Assembly (NCBI GenBank): GCA_963712275.1
Contig: CAVQHD010000001.1
Span: forward strand, 512,001 to 576,000
Reading direction: 5' to 3'
From: an uncultured Rhabdochlamydiaceae bacterium
GTDB lineage: Bacteria; Chlamydiota; Chlamydiia; Chlamydiales; Rhabdochlamydiaceae
DNA length: 64,000 bases
The notes under the pieces: generated by a model
Told to the model about the DNA's origin: nothing
Database searches by the model: none
Seen by the model: only the letters and a program-made list of their open reading frames with translations
Translations under genes and position numbers: made by a program
Shown here: positions 18,468 to 30,685 of the stretch, piece after piece
How positions within the stretch are numbered: the stretch's first letter is position 1
Layout: every line of letters begins with the position of its first letter

Positions 18468-19344
18468 TCAGCGCAAACCCGGCAAGCACATCGAAGAGTT
18501 CTTTATCGATTGTGTTTTGCCGCTCAAGGTTAAATTGCTGTTCTACCATTTCTAGAAAATCCTTAATGTCCTGGTCTGCAGCTTGCATAGATGCCAGGCG
18601 AACTTCGCTTTCACAGGAAAGCGATTCGACGCATGCTTTACAAATTCCGGCAAATAAATACTCTCCTATCAGAGCAGTAAAGGTATTGCTAGGATCATCG
18701 ATGAGCTGGGGAATCATGTGGGTTGGCCATTTTTTCTTGTAAAAAAATTGACTGAGCCAATGTTTATCTATGGGAGCTAGTTTTAAACAGATAGGCTCGT
18801 AGACAGCGTGCGACTTTGTTTTATTGAAAAAAACAAATAATTGATCGATATCGTGTTCTTCCTGCTCTTTTTCGATATGATCTAAAAGCTGGGTGATGAG
18901 TCCCAAAAGGTTAACGATGGAGGGGAGAGCATGAAGGGAATACTTAATCTCTAAATCTTTATAATTTTTTAATCTTGAGTGGACGCGATCTCCCACTGAC
19001 CACGCAATTTTTTTTCCTGATATAGACTTGAGTTCTTGAATGGCAAAATCTGAGATCCTGTCATTAAATTCCCCCACCATGCCTTGATCGGAACCAAAAA
19101 TGATCGCCCCGGTTCTTTTAATTACGATTTTTTTTCTCTCAATGGACTTGACTAACTCTGGAGATTGGGTCAGGCAGGCGAGAAGGCCTAATTCTAAAGA
19201 TTGGTAATAGTTAAGCAATCCTTTCACAGCATTTTGGTAGGAAAGGGTGTTAAGGGCAGCCAACATTTTCATGGTTTTTATCAGGGATTGAAGCAAATGA
19301 CCTGTTTTAAGCTTCTTTTTCAAAGAACGGAGCAGAATGCTCAT
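18451..19344 (-). CDS. atpG: N-ATPase gamma subunit
   Basis: TMKMLAA, GSDQGMVG and RQNTIDKEL; last gene of the N-ATPase order. Confidence 0.9.
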   Translation of the reverse strand: MSILLRSLKKKLKTGHLLQSLIKTMKMLAALNTLSYQNAVKGLLNYYQSLELGLLACLTQSPELVKSIERKKIVIKRTGAIIFGSDQGMVGEFNDRISDFAIQELKSISGKKIAWSVGDRVHSRLKNYKDLEIKYSLHALPSIVNLLGLITQLLDHIEKEQEEHDIDQLFVFFNKTKSHAVYEPICLKLAPIDKHWLSQFFYKKKWPTHMIPQLIDDPSNTFTALIGEYLFAGICKACVESLSCESEVRLASMQAADQDIKDFLEMVEQQFNLERQNTIDKELFDVLAGFALINASY

Positions 19345-20873
19345 TTTTGCACTTCGAACTTTGAAAGAACTTCTTTCGCTCGATCCAAAATTCTATTTTT
19401 GATCGTTTCATCCATTTTTTCTGATGTCATCAGATGCTTCTTGTCCTCTTCTTTCATGTTTTCGGCAGATTGCCTCAGGGCTTTTTCAGCTTCGTCTAAT
19501 CGATCAAGAGAAATTTTATCTAGAAGACCTTTCGTAAAAGCCAGTAGGATAAAAATCTGCGTGGAAACATCAAGAGGGTCTAATCTATTTTGATTTAAGC
19601 ACCACCGAATACGCCTGCCGTGGTTAAGCAAGTGATGTGTCTCTTCATCCAGCTGCGTGCCAAACCTTGCAAAAACTTCCAATTCTTCAAATTGCGCATA
19701 AGAAATCTTGAGATCACCGATCACTTCTCTATAAGCCGCAACTTGAGCTTTCCCTCCTACTCTCGAAACCGATTTGTTGACATCGATTGCAGGCAAAACC
19801 CCCTTTTCAAACAGTTCGGCGGAAAGGAAAATTTGACCGTCTGTAATCGAGATAAGATTTGTGGGGATGTAAGCAGAAATGTCTTGCGCTTCCGTTTCAA
19901 TAATGGGCAGGGCCGTTAAAGAACCTCCTCCCAATTCCTTGCTTAAATGGGTCGCTCGCTCTAATAAGCTGGCATGGATATGGAAAATATCGCCGGGAAA
20001 AGCTTCGCGTCCTGGAGGTCGTTTGAGAAGAAGGGAAAGCTCGCGATACGATCTAGCATGGTTTGTTAGGTTGTCGTAAACAATCAGCACTTGGCGGCCT
20101 TTATGCATAAAGTATTCTGCGATGCTAGTCGCAGCATAAGGAGCTACGTACCTGCGGCCTGGAGGATCATTTGCTTTTGTCACCATGATAATGGTGTAAT
20201 CCATGGCATTTTCTTTTTTTAAATCTGCGATCACTTTGGCAACGGCAGACAGGCGCTGGCCGATTGCACAATAGATGCAAATGACATTTTTGCCTCTTTG
20301 ATTGATGATGGCATCGATGGCCAAAGCCGTTTTACCTGTTTGACGATCCCCTAAAATCAGCTCTCGCTGTCCGTGGCCGATGGGGATGAGAGCATCGATG
20401 ACTTTAAGTCCTGTTTGAAGAGGCGCCGTCACTGGAGCACGATCGATAATGTCCGGGGCCGGGCGTTGAATAGGCCATCGTTCGAGTCCGCTAAGGGAGT
20501 CTTTTCGATCGAGAGGATTGGCTTGCGCGTCGATGACCCTTCCCAAGAGAGCATCACCGACGGCGATATCGACGGCTTGCCCCGTAGAACTGACTTCAAA
20601 CCCGGCTTTTAAAAGATCTGGATCTTGTAGAAGAATCGCTCCAAATTCTTCTTCTTCGAGATCAAAGACAAAACCAGAGGACCCGCCCTCAAAATGAACG
20701 AGTTCTTCAACACCTAAATGAGAGAGTCCGGCAGCTGTTGCAACGCCATTTAAGACGCTGGTGATAGTTCCTACCTCTTTGAGGCTAATGTCTTTCTTAT
20801 ACTCTTTTCGAGCTCGGCTTAAGAGGTCTAAGGTTGAACTTAAAATCGATCGAAGATCATTAGCCGGACTCAT
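19341..20873 (-). CDS. atpA: N-ATPase alpha subunit
   Basis: GDRQTGKT, RPPGREAFPGD, SITDGQIFL. Confidence 0.96.
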   Translation of the reverse strand: MSPANDLRSILSSTLDLLSRARKEYKKDISLKEVGTITSVLNGVATAAGLSHLGVEELVHFEGGSSGFVFDLEEEEFGAILLQDPDLLKAGFEVSSTGQAVDIAVGDALLGRVIDAQANPLDRKDSLSGLERWPIQRPAPDIIDRAPVTAPLQTGLKVIDALIPIGHGQRELILGDRQTGKTALAIDAIINQRGKNVICIYCAIGQRLSAVAKVIADLKKENAMDYTIIMVTKANDPPGRRYVAPYAATSIAEYFMHKGRQVLIVYDNLTNHARSYRELSLLLKRPPGREAFPGDIFHIHASLLERATHLSKELGGGSLTALPIIETEAQDISAYIPTNLISITDGQIFLSAELFEKGVLPAIDVNKSVSRVGGKAQVAAYREVIGDLKISYAQFEELEVFARFGTQLDEETHHLLNHGRRIRWCLNQNRLDPLDVSTQIFILLAFTKGLLDKISLDRLDEAEKALRQSAENMKEEDKKHLMTSEKMDETIKNRILDRAKEVLSKFEVQK

Positions 20874-21628
20874 TTTGTCCTACCCGCAAGCATTTGTTCC
20901 ATGTGATTTTCCAGTGACACAAGGTAGTCGGCAATGTTCCACGATAGTTTTTTCCCATTTGCAAGTAATTCTATTCCGGCGACTAAATCAGGCGCTGTGA
21001 TCCATTCCACCTGGAACTCTTTCCCATATTCTTGCTGGATTATTTGCCAGATTTTTTCATGGAAAGGTTGCGTTAGCTCCAAAGCAGTTCGAATCTGCAA
21101 AGTATGTAATGGAGAGAGCAAAGAGGCAAGATCCTCTTTATTTTTGGCCAAGCTTTTTAACTGCACGAGAAAATGGTTGATAATGCATTCTTCAAGGCTG
21201 GTTTCTGCAAGATCGGCAAGGGCTTGCTTTGAAAGAGAGAAAACTTCTCGTTGGAGCTTGGCTTTAAGATCCCGATAGAACTCCTCTTTTTCATTTTTAA
21301 GGCTGTGCTCCCAAAGGGCTTTCTTTTTTTCAACGTCCTCTTTGGCTTGGTCAGAAAGCAAATTACGCAGTTTTTCAATCTCCTCTTTTGCTTTTTTGGT
21401 TTTTTCCTCTTTTAGCCTGTCGAACTCTTCGATTTTCTTCTTAAACGTCTCCTTCTCTGCTTTAGCCTCTTTGATCTTTAACTCTGCCTCTTGGATCTGC
21501 AGCTCAATGCTTTTTCGCCTTTCATTAATTTTCTCGAAAATAGGCTTGTACAAAAAAACCTTTAATATCCAAATAATGAAGAGAAAATTGATCACTTGAG
21601 CAATGACTGTGAACCAATCAAGCAGCAT
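20870..21628 (-). CDS. atpF: N-ATPase b subunit (b-delta fusion)
   Basis: MLLDWFTVIAQVINF TM, coiled coil and delta-like C-terminus (PDLVAGIEL); start at ATG 21628. Confidence 0.9.
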   Translation of the reverse strand: MLLDWFTVIAQVINFLFIIWILKVFLYKPIFEKINERRKSIELQIQEAELKIKEAKAEKETFKKKIEEFDRLKEEKTKKAKEEIEKLRNLLSDQAKEDVEKKKALWEHSLKNEKEEFYRDLKAKLQREVFSLSKQALADLAETSLEECIINHFLVQLKSLAKNKEDLASLLSPLHTLQIRTALELTQPFHEKIWQIIQQEYGKEFQVEWITAPDLVAGIELLANGKKLSWNIADYLVSLENHMEQMLAGRTK

Positions 21629-21632
21629 GGAT

Positions 21633-21911
21633 TTAGCCGCCTGCTTTGGAAAGGAAATGGTTCCAAAAGGGATTTGCAAAGATGATAATCATCGCGATGA
21701 CCAAACAATAGATCGCAATCGATTCGATCATGGCAAGGCCTACGAAAAGGGTGCGGGTAATCGCTGTCGTGGCATCGGGTTGTTGAGCAATTGCTTTTAA
21801 AGCCGAATCCACAGCCCTTCCTTCGGCAAACGCTGGGCCTATAGCTCCCATTGCCATTGTAAGTCCGGCAGTAATGATCGAGATAAACGCAATAATTGTT
21901 ATGCTATCCAT
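21633..21911 (-). CDS. atpE: N-ATPase c subunit
   Basis: Two TM helices, AQQPD loop, AEG and ESIAIY motifs; ATG 21911 with AAGGAG RBS. Confidence 0.93.
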   Translation of the reverse strand: MDSITIIAFISIITAGLTMAMGAIGPAFAEGRAVDSALKAIAQQPDATTAITRTLFVGLAMIESIAIYCLVIAMIIIFANPFWNHFLSKAGG

Positions 21912-22590
21912 GAGACTCCTTTTTTTCGCTAATTCTGGTTGCTGCTGCGATGTAAACACTAGCCAGCACAGAAAAAATGTATGCCTGGATCAGACCGACA
22001 ATCAACCCTAAAAGTTCAAATAGTGCGGGAAATAATAAAGGTGAGACGCTGATGATGATACCCGCGACAAAAGATCCGCTCATAGCATTGCCAAAAAGCC
22101 GAACGGCTAAGGCCAGTGTCCTTGTTAATTCGCTTAAGATGTTGAAAGGGAGCAAGAAAATGGATGGTTGAATATAATTTTTAAGATAGCCAATCACCCC
22201 TTTTTCCCAGATTGCGTAGATGGGAACCGCGATGAATACAGAAATGGCCAGAGCTGCTGTGGTTGATAGCGAACTGGTCGGTGAAACATATCCCGGAACA
22301 ATAGTGAGCATTCCGCAAACCCCGATAAAAATGAAAAGTGAAGCGATAAAATCGAAATATTTACGTGGATTTTGAAATCCTATCTCTTTTAGTTGCTTGA
22401 GAATATATTCTAAAACGATTTCGATGGTCATCTCCGTTTTTGAGATCTCTTTGCTTTGGCGAATTTTTCGAGAAAAAATCCATGAAGATACTCCTAAGAG
22501 CGCCATCACAAGCCAGGTCATCAAGATCGTTGCATTGATCTTTGCAAAACCGTATTTAAAGTAAATAACCACATCAGGCGTTATGTTCAT
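21904..22590 (-). CDS. atpB: N-ATPase a subunit
   Basis: LALAVRLFGN and IQAYIF motifs. Confidence 0.95.
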   Translation of the reverse strand: MNITPDVVIYFKYGFAKINATILMTWLVMALLGVSSWIFSRKIRQSKEISKTEMTIEIVLEYILKQLKEIGFQNPRKYFDFIASLFIFIGVCGMLTIVPGYVSPTSSLSTTAALAISVFIAVPIYAIWEKGVIGYLKNYIQPSIFLLPFNILSELTRTLALAVRLFGNAMSGSFVAGIIISVSPLLFPALFELLGLIVGLIQAYIFSVLASVYIAAATRISEKKESHG

Positions 22591-22855
22591 CGGCCCTTCT
22601 TTGTCTTACACACAATTTTCTCGATATCATAAAGCCCAATAGTAGGAGAGCAAATCTTTCAAAATGGCCATTTGCCAGCCAATAGAACCCGGATAAAACA
22701 GCAGCGCCTCTCATAAGAAAACTGAGGCAAAAAAGTAAAACGGGATACTTAATCGATGCGGAAAGAGCAACTGTCCAACGGAGCCCTAGAAAGAAAATCA
22801 CTCCTAAGCTGATTCCCAATACAAGGGATAAACAGAGCATTCCAACGTTATTCAT
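22574..22855 (-). CDS. atpR: N-ATPase AtpR subunit
   Basis: Small 3-TM protein with intramembrane Arg residues, between atpQ and atpB. Confidence 0.75.
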   Translation of the reverse strand: MNNVGMLCLSLVLGISLGVIFFLGLRWTVALSASIKYPVLLFCLSFLMRGAAVLSGFYWLANGHFERFALLLLGFMISRKLCVRQRRADEHNA

Positions 22856-23146
22856 CGTGATTGTCTTTATTTTTAAAGGCTTCTTTTTTGGACAGCTTCC
22901 AAGCTAGGATAGAGCCGATAAAGACTCCTAATAAAAGCAAGCTTAAGGTCCAAGAATACGTTCCGGTCTTATAGTGCAGATCAATCCAAACACCTAAAGC
23001 CACTCCGAGCAGTGTCGGAATAATGACACTCCACCCTACAAGGCCAAACAAGGCAAATCCTCGCCAAATATTAACGCTGCCGCTTTTCTGAGCTTTGAGT
23101 TTTCGTTGTTGCTTTGCGATAATTTGTTCTTGAAAATTCTTTTTCT

Positions 23147-23150
<4 letters not shown>
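22848..23150 (-). CDS. atpQ: AtpQ (AtpZ/AtpI family) membrane protein
   Basis: GLVGWSVIIPTLLGVALGVWID...SWTLSLL motif; position after atpC. Confidence 0.8.
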
Positions 23151-25979
<2,829 letters not shown>

Positions 25980-26039
25980 GAGCTCATTCGGAAGTTTTCT
26001 TAAGTCATCACAAAAACACTGTTTTTTTGCAAAGGAATC

Positions 26040-26102
26040 TTAGAGGGTGTCTTAAAACTCAGGTTTCATTGATTTTGGGGCTTTTTGAGCCAATTTTTTT
26101 TG
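26040..26102. repeat. MITE-like fragment overlapping rpoN 3' end
   Basis: TTAGAGGGTGTCTT...GTTTCATTGATTTTGGGGCTTTTTGAGCCAATTTTT aligns with the left half of the 52797-52910 element. Confidence 0.5.
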
Positions 26103-27387
26103 CTCTTTGAAAGGCCGGTGGAAGTTTTAGATTTCTTCGATATTTAGTGACCGTGCGTCTAGAGCAAAGAACGCCTTGAGCATGAAGGGCGGCAGCTAGC
26201 TTCTGATCAGACAAAGGGTTTTGTTTGTTTTCATGATTGATCAATTCTTTTAGCCTCTCTTTAGCAGTATGGTGAGAGATATTGCTGTTTGCTGTCGCAT
26301 GAGGAAAGAAGAAACGGAGTGGAAAAATTCCTCTAGGGCAAGATAGATATTTGTCTTTGACAATCCGAGACAGCGTCGATTCATGCAGCTTAAGTTTTTT
26401 AGCTGCTTGGTGGAGAGTTAGCGGCTGAAGATCGGATGTGTTTCCTTGAAAATAATCGGATTGTATTTCAGCAACGAGTTTAACCACCTGAGTGAGAATT
26501 TGATGCCGCCGGCCAATCATTTTTTCAACCCAAAGAGCTGCGGTCTCAAAGTGGCGCATATCGGATGAATCAGAAAAGTTCCGTTTAAATTTTGGAAGAA
26601 AAGCATCGCTCAGCGTGATTCTCCACTGGCCTGCGGACCCTTCAATAAAAATCTCAGGAATGGCAGTAGGAAAAGAAGCATGTCGAAAAGGGGCAGCAGG
26701 GTCTAAACTCAAAGAAGAGAGCGTCTCTTGGATAATTGTTTGCAGCTTCTCGGTGGTGCATGAGATTTTTTGGCAAAGAATTTTATGTCGGCTATGAATA
26801 AAATCGTCATAGTGGTCATGAACGATGCGGTAGGCTATGGAATCTTTTTTGCCTTGCCGCTTAAGCTGAAGAAGGAGAGCTTCTTGCAGGCTGCGCGCGC
26901 CAACACCAGGAGGATCCAGCGATTGTAAGAGATTGAGGAGAGAAGGGTCGGTAGGAGAAGCTGCTAAAAATCCCTTCTCATCGAGGTTCCCAATGAGTTC
27001 TTCCATCCGGGTTAAATCATGGGAAGAGGAAAGAGCCTCGCGTGCTTGCTGAAGAAGATGGTGGGAGAGGGTAGGAGGGGGAGATGCAATCTGTTCAATC
27101 CAAGGAGGCTGTTCTGAATGAGTTTCAGGAAAAATAGCGGATGAGAAGAGTGGATCTAGGTGCTCTAGCACTTCAAATCCTTCAGCAGTAGCATCTTCCA
27201 ACTCTTCTTCGGCCTCTTCTTCCGCAAATTGAAGAGCAGGGTTTTGTTCAATTTGCTCTCGAAGCCACTCGGCAAGCTCAGGGAGAGGCATTTCGAGAAT
27301 TGAGAGCGCTTGCCGCAAAGCAAATGTTAAAACTAATTTTTGTTCTGTTTTAACTTTTTGGATTAATATGTTTTTTGTTGATCCCAT
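26059..27387 (-). CDS. rpoN: RNA polymerase sigma-54 factor
   Basis: NPAL, PPGVGARSLQE, LHESTLSRIV and RpoN box SRRTVTKYR. Confidence 0.95.
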   Translation of the reverse strand: MGSTKNILIQKVKTEQKLVLTFALRQALSILEMPLPELAEWLREQIEQNPALQFAEEEAEEELEDATAEGFEVLEHLDPLFSSAIFPETHSEQPPWIEQIASPPPTLSHHLLQQAREALSSSHDLTRMEELIGNLDEKGFLAASPTDPSLLNLLQSLDPPGVGARSLQEALLLQLKRQGKKDSIAYRIVHDHYDDFIHSRHKILCQKISCTTEKLQTIIQETLSSLSLDPAAPFRHASFPTAIPEIFIEGSAGQWRITLSDAFLPKFKRNFSDSSDMRHFETAALWVEKMIGRRHQILTQVVKLVAEIQSDYFQGNTSDLQPLTLHQAAKKLKLHESTLSRIVKDKYLSCPRGIFPLRFFFPHATANSNISHHTAKERLKELINHENKQNPLSDQKLAAALHAQGVLCSRRTVTKYRRNLKLPPAFQRAKKIGSKSPKINET

Positions 27388-27433
27388 TTATAATTTTGTT
27401 TATTATACTATCTGCAATAAAATGTGAAACATT

Positions 27434-28390
27434 ATGAAATATGCGATATTTAGTTGTTCAGGGCTTGGTGATTGTTTGCTGACGCTGATCATTTCAGAAA
27501 ATCTTCATCGTCAGGGGCATGAGGTCACTACGTTCCATCCATTCATGTCTGAGTTTCAGCCGTGGTTTCCTCACCTTCCAATTCGCCCCTTTTCCCCTAA
27601 TTATCGAGAATTTGATCGCTTTATCGTTATGTATGAGAAAAGCACGTGGATGAAAGAGGTCCTTGACACCTGTCTTGCCAAAAGGAGAAAAGAGACTATT
27701 GTCCTGAACCCGATTGCCACCCCCAACACCGATTATCCGTATTGGGAGGAGGGACGGTTTGATGGGAGAGTTCCTTTTGCAGATAATCTTGTCACCTTTT
27801 GCCGCGATATTTTAGGTCTTTCCAGTGCAAAAAAAGCCAATGGACTGATCCTTCCCTCCGATATAAAGCTTAATGTAAAGCCAAAGCAAGTCGTGATCCA
27901 TCCGACGAGCTCTAGGCCTGGCAAAAATTGGCCCCGAGCCAAGTTTTTAAAGCTAGCCTCCGCGATCGAAAAGCGAGGATATGAGCCTATATTTATCGTG
28001 TCTCCTAAAGAGCGAGCCGAGTGGCCCGAAGCGCCTCCCTTTCCCAATTTAGAGGCGATGGCCCGTTGTGTTGCAGAATCTGGGCTTATGGTGGGCAACG
28101 ATTCAGGAATTGGTCATCTAGCCTCCTACTTTGGGATTCCAACGATGACCTTTTTCAAAAACGAAAGAACAGCCGATTTTTGGAAGCCGGCATTTGCTCC
28201 CAACTTTGCTCTAACCCCGAAGGGGTGGCTTCCCAACTTAAAGGGACTGCGGTGGAGAGATCGGTATTGGCACTGGGGGATTTCAGTCCACCGTGCTCTC
28301 TGTACTTTTGATCAGCTTTGCATACTTGGCCACGAGACTATGGACCCTGCGGCTTTGCGCAAAAAAGACATCGTAGGTCAGCCCAAGTGA
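27434..28390 (+). CDS. Glycosyltransferase family 9 (heptosyltransferase-like)
   Basis: GLGD, HP...KNWP and VGNDSGIGHLA motifs. Confidence 0.85.
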   Translation: MKYAIFSCSGLGDCLLTLIISENLHRQGHEVTTFHPFMSEFQPWFPHLPIRPFSPNYREFDRFIVMYEKSTWMKEVLDTCLAKRRKETIVLNPIATPNTDYPYWEEGRFDGRVPFADNLVTFCRDILGLSSAKKANGLILPSDIKLNVKPKQVVIHPTSSRPGKNWPRAKFLKLASAIEKRGYEPIFIVSPKERAEWPEAPPFPNLEAMARCVAESGLMVGNDSGIGHLASYFGIPTMTFFKNERTADFWKPAFAPNFALTPKGWLPNLKGLRWRDRYWHWGISVHRALCTFDQLCILGHETMDPAALRKKDIVGQPK

Positions 28391-30397
28391 TGTCTCATAA
28401 ACCCGCTCAACCATTCCAAGGCCAAAGTCCCTATGGTAAGCAGCATCGCCAACGTGAAACTCTTCACTGGAGGCTTCAGAAAAATGGCGAGGGCTGAGAT
28501 CTTGGATATACTCCGAAGGGATCTCCGCAAGGAAAGAGCTTGGACGCATCATCCGCGCTGCGCCCCAAAGAAAACGGCACCTAGCTGAAGTGAGGTAAAG
28601 ATAAACCTTTGCCCGCGTCAGCCCCACATAGCAGAGGCGCCGCTCCTCCTGCAGAGCAGCTTCATCCTCCTTGCTGTTCATGTGGGGGAAAAGATCTTCT
28701 TCCATACCGGCTAGAAAAACGACAGAAAATTCAAGCCCTTTTCCATGGTGGAGGGTCATCAATCGAACGGCATCCGAAGGCGGATTTTTAATATCGGAAG
28801 AGGTTTTGAGGGTCAGTTCCTCTAAAAAGTTAGCCAGGGTTCCCTGCGGGTTTTCCTGCTCCCATTCAGCTGCCTTTGAGATAAGCTCTGCTAGGTTCTC
28901 TCTTCTCTCGGCAAATGTTTCAGGATCTTCTTTTAAAAACTCCTCATACCGAGATCTTCCAATCGCTTCGGCAGCAAGGGTTTGAAGCGGCAGTTTTTGC
29001 AAGACCATCTCTTTCAAGGATAAAATCATGTTCACATACTCTTTAAGACCCTCCCATTGTCTTGGAGAGAGTTTTAGCTGAGGGCCCTCAGTTTTGCAAT
29101 CGACCGCAGCAGCGCAATAATCAAAGAGAGTCATGCCCGCCTCTAGCGCCCCTTCCCGAATCTTTTGAAGCGCCTTTTCTCCGAGCCCCCTCTTAGGAAG
29201 GTTGATCGTGCGGGAGAGGGCAATAAAGTCGGCTCCTGCAAGCACAATCCGGAGCAAGGCGAGAATGTCTTTGATCTCTCGCCTCTGATAAAAGGAGATG
29301 CCTCCGATGATAACGTAGGGGATTTTTAGCTTAAGGAGTGTATCTTCAAACACACGGGATTGGAAGTTTGTCCGATAAAAAATGGAACACTCTTCCAAAG
29401 GAAAATCGGCATGATGATGGAGGATTTTACGGGCAATAAACTCGGCTTCCTGGTGATCATTTTCTGCGCAATAGAGCCCAATTTTTGCCCCTGCTTCTCG
29501 AGTGCTCCATAGATTTTTTTTATAGCGAGAAGAGTTATTTTCGATTAAAGCATTGGCTGCATTTAAAATCGTGGAAGGGCTGCGGTAGTTTTGCTCCAAA
29601 GCAATCACGACCGCCCCTGGAAAATCTTTTTCGAAATTCAAGATGTTATCGATATTGGCCCCGCGCCATGAGTAAATCGATTGATCCGGATCTCCAACAG
29701 CAAAGACATTGTGATGCTGGGCTGCCAGCAGTTGAATGAGCAGATGCTGGGCATGATTCGTGTCTTGGTATTCATCGATTAAAATGAACGACCACCTTTC
29801 TTGATAACCCTTCAGGATGTCAGGATGGGCTTGAAAAAGAAGAATCGGAAGAAAAAGCAGATCGTCAAAGTCGACAGCATGAGACTCCTTAAGCTTGCGC
29901 TGGTACAGCTCGTAGAGCGCTCCCACGACGCGATCTTCTCCAGCAACCTCTTTCGGAAGGGCAGCCCGATTTTTCGCCGCCGAAATTGCCAGCTTAGCTG
30001 TTTTTAGAAACCCTTTATCTCCCTGGACGTTCAGAGCAACCAGACACTCTTTTAAGACTTTTTCACTATCGTCTTCATCGTAGATCGTAAAGCTTTGTGA
30101 ATACCCCAAATGGTGGATCGACTCACGCAAAATCTTTGCGCCTAAGCTATGGAATGTACAGGTTAAGATAAAATGACTCGAGAGTTTTTCTACACGCCTG
30201 CGCATTTCATCGGCAGCCTTATTCGTAAAGGTGACCGCCAAAATCTCCGATGAAGGGATGCCTACCGAGAGGAGATGAGTAATCCGGTAAGTGACCACCC
30301 GTGTTTTCCCAGATCCTGCTCCAGCAATGACAAGGGCCGGCCCCTCAACATGATGGACCGCTTTCTTTTGCTGCTCATTTAACTGATCAAAATCCAT
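28283..30397 (-). CDS. uvrD: UvrD/PcrA DNA helicase
   Basis: AGAGSGKT, DEYQD, GDPDQSIYSWRGA, KGLEF, EERRLCYV; start at ATG 30397 (MDFDQLN). Confidence 0.95.
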   Translation of the reverse strand: MDFDQLNEQQKKAVHHVEGPALVIAGAGSGKTRVVTYRITHLLSVGIPSSEILAVTFTNKAADEMRRRVEKLSSHFILTCTFHSLGAKILRESIHHLGYSQSFTIYDEDDSEKVLKECLVALNVQGDKGFLKTAKLAISAAKNRAALPKEVAGEDRVVGALYELYQRKLKESHAVDFDDLLFLPILLFQAHPDILKGYQERWSFILIDEYQDTNHAQHLLIQLLAAQHHNVFAVGDPDQSIYSWRGANIDNILNFEKDFPGAVVIALEQNYRSPSTILNAANALIENNSSRYKKNLWSTREAGAKIGLYCAENDHQEAEFIARKILHHHADFPLEECSIFYRTNFQSRVFEDTLLKLKIPYVIIGGISFYQRREIKDILALLRIVLAGADFIALSRTINLPKRGLGEKALQKIREGALEAGMTLFDYCAAAVDCKTEGPQLKLSPRQWEGLKEYVNMILSLKEMVLQKLPLQTLAAEAIGRSRYEEFLKEDPETFAERRENLAELISKAAEWEQENPQGTLANFLEELTLKTSSDIKNPPSDAVRLMTLHHGKGLEFSVVFLAGMEEDLFPHMNSKEDEAALQEERRLCYVGLTRAKVYLYLTSARCRFLWGAARMMRPSSFLAEIPSEYIQDLSPRHFSEASSEEFHVGDAAYHRDFGLGMVERVYETSLGLTYDVFFAQSRRVHSLVAKYAKLIKSTESTVD

Positions 30398-30418
30398 GAA
30401 TAAGAAAAGTACCACACT

Positions 30419-30606
30419 CTTTCTTGGGTAGGCAAGGAGGAAAGTGAGATGGGCTTTTTGGCGGCGCCAGGCAGATTTTTTACACAACTCCTCGCAAATA
30501 GCCTAGCGGCTATTCGCTGTGGTTTGTGTAAGAAAATCTGCTCTGGCGGCGCCCAAAAATCCCTATCTCATTTTCCTCCCTGCCTACCCTTTCTTGGATA
30601 GGCAAG
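30419..30606. repeat. Long imperfect palindromic element flanked by an 18-bp direct repeat
   Basis: Arms 30426-30487 / 30524-30589; inner AATAGCC-TAGC-GGCTATT hairpin; CTTTCTTGG(G/A)TAGGCAAG at 30419 and 30589. Confidence 0.75.
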
Positions 30607-30685
30607 TAGAAAATATTTTGATTTTATTCATTTGATTTAAAATCACTAAAAGATTAGCTTTCCAAGCTTTTTAGAGGTAACTACT

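Noticed and set aside
30398..30487. N-terminal extension of uvrD in the ORF track
   Set aside because: It runs into the palindromic element; the helicase begins naturally at MDFDQLN (30397).
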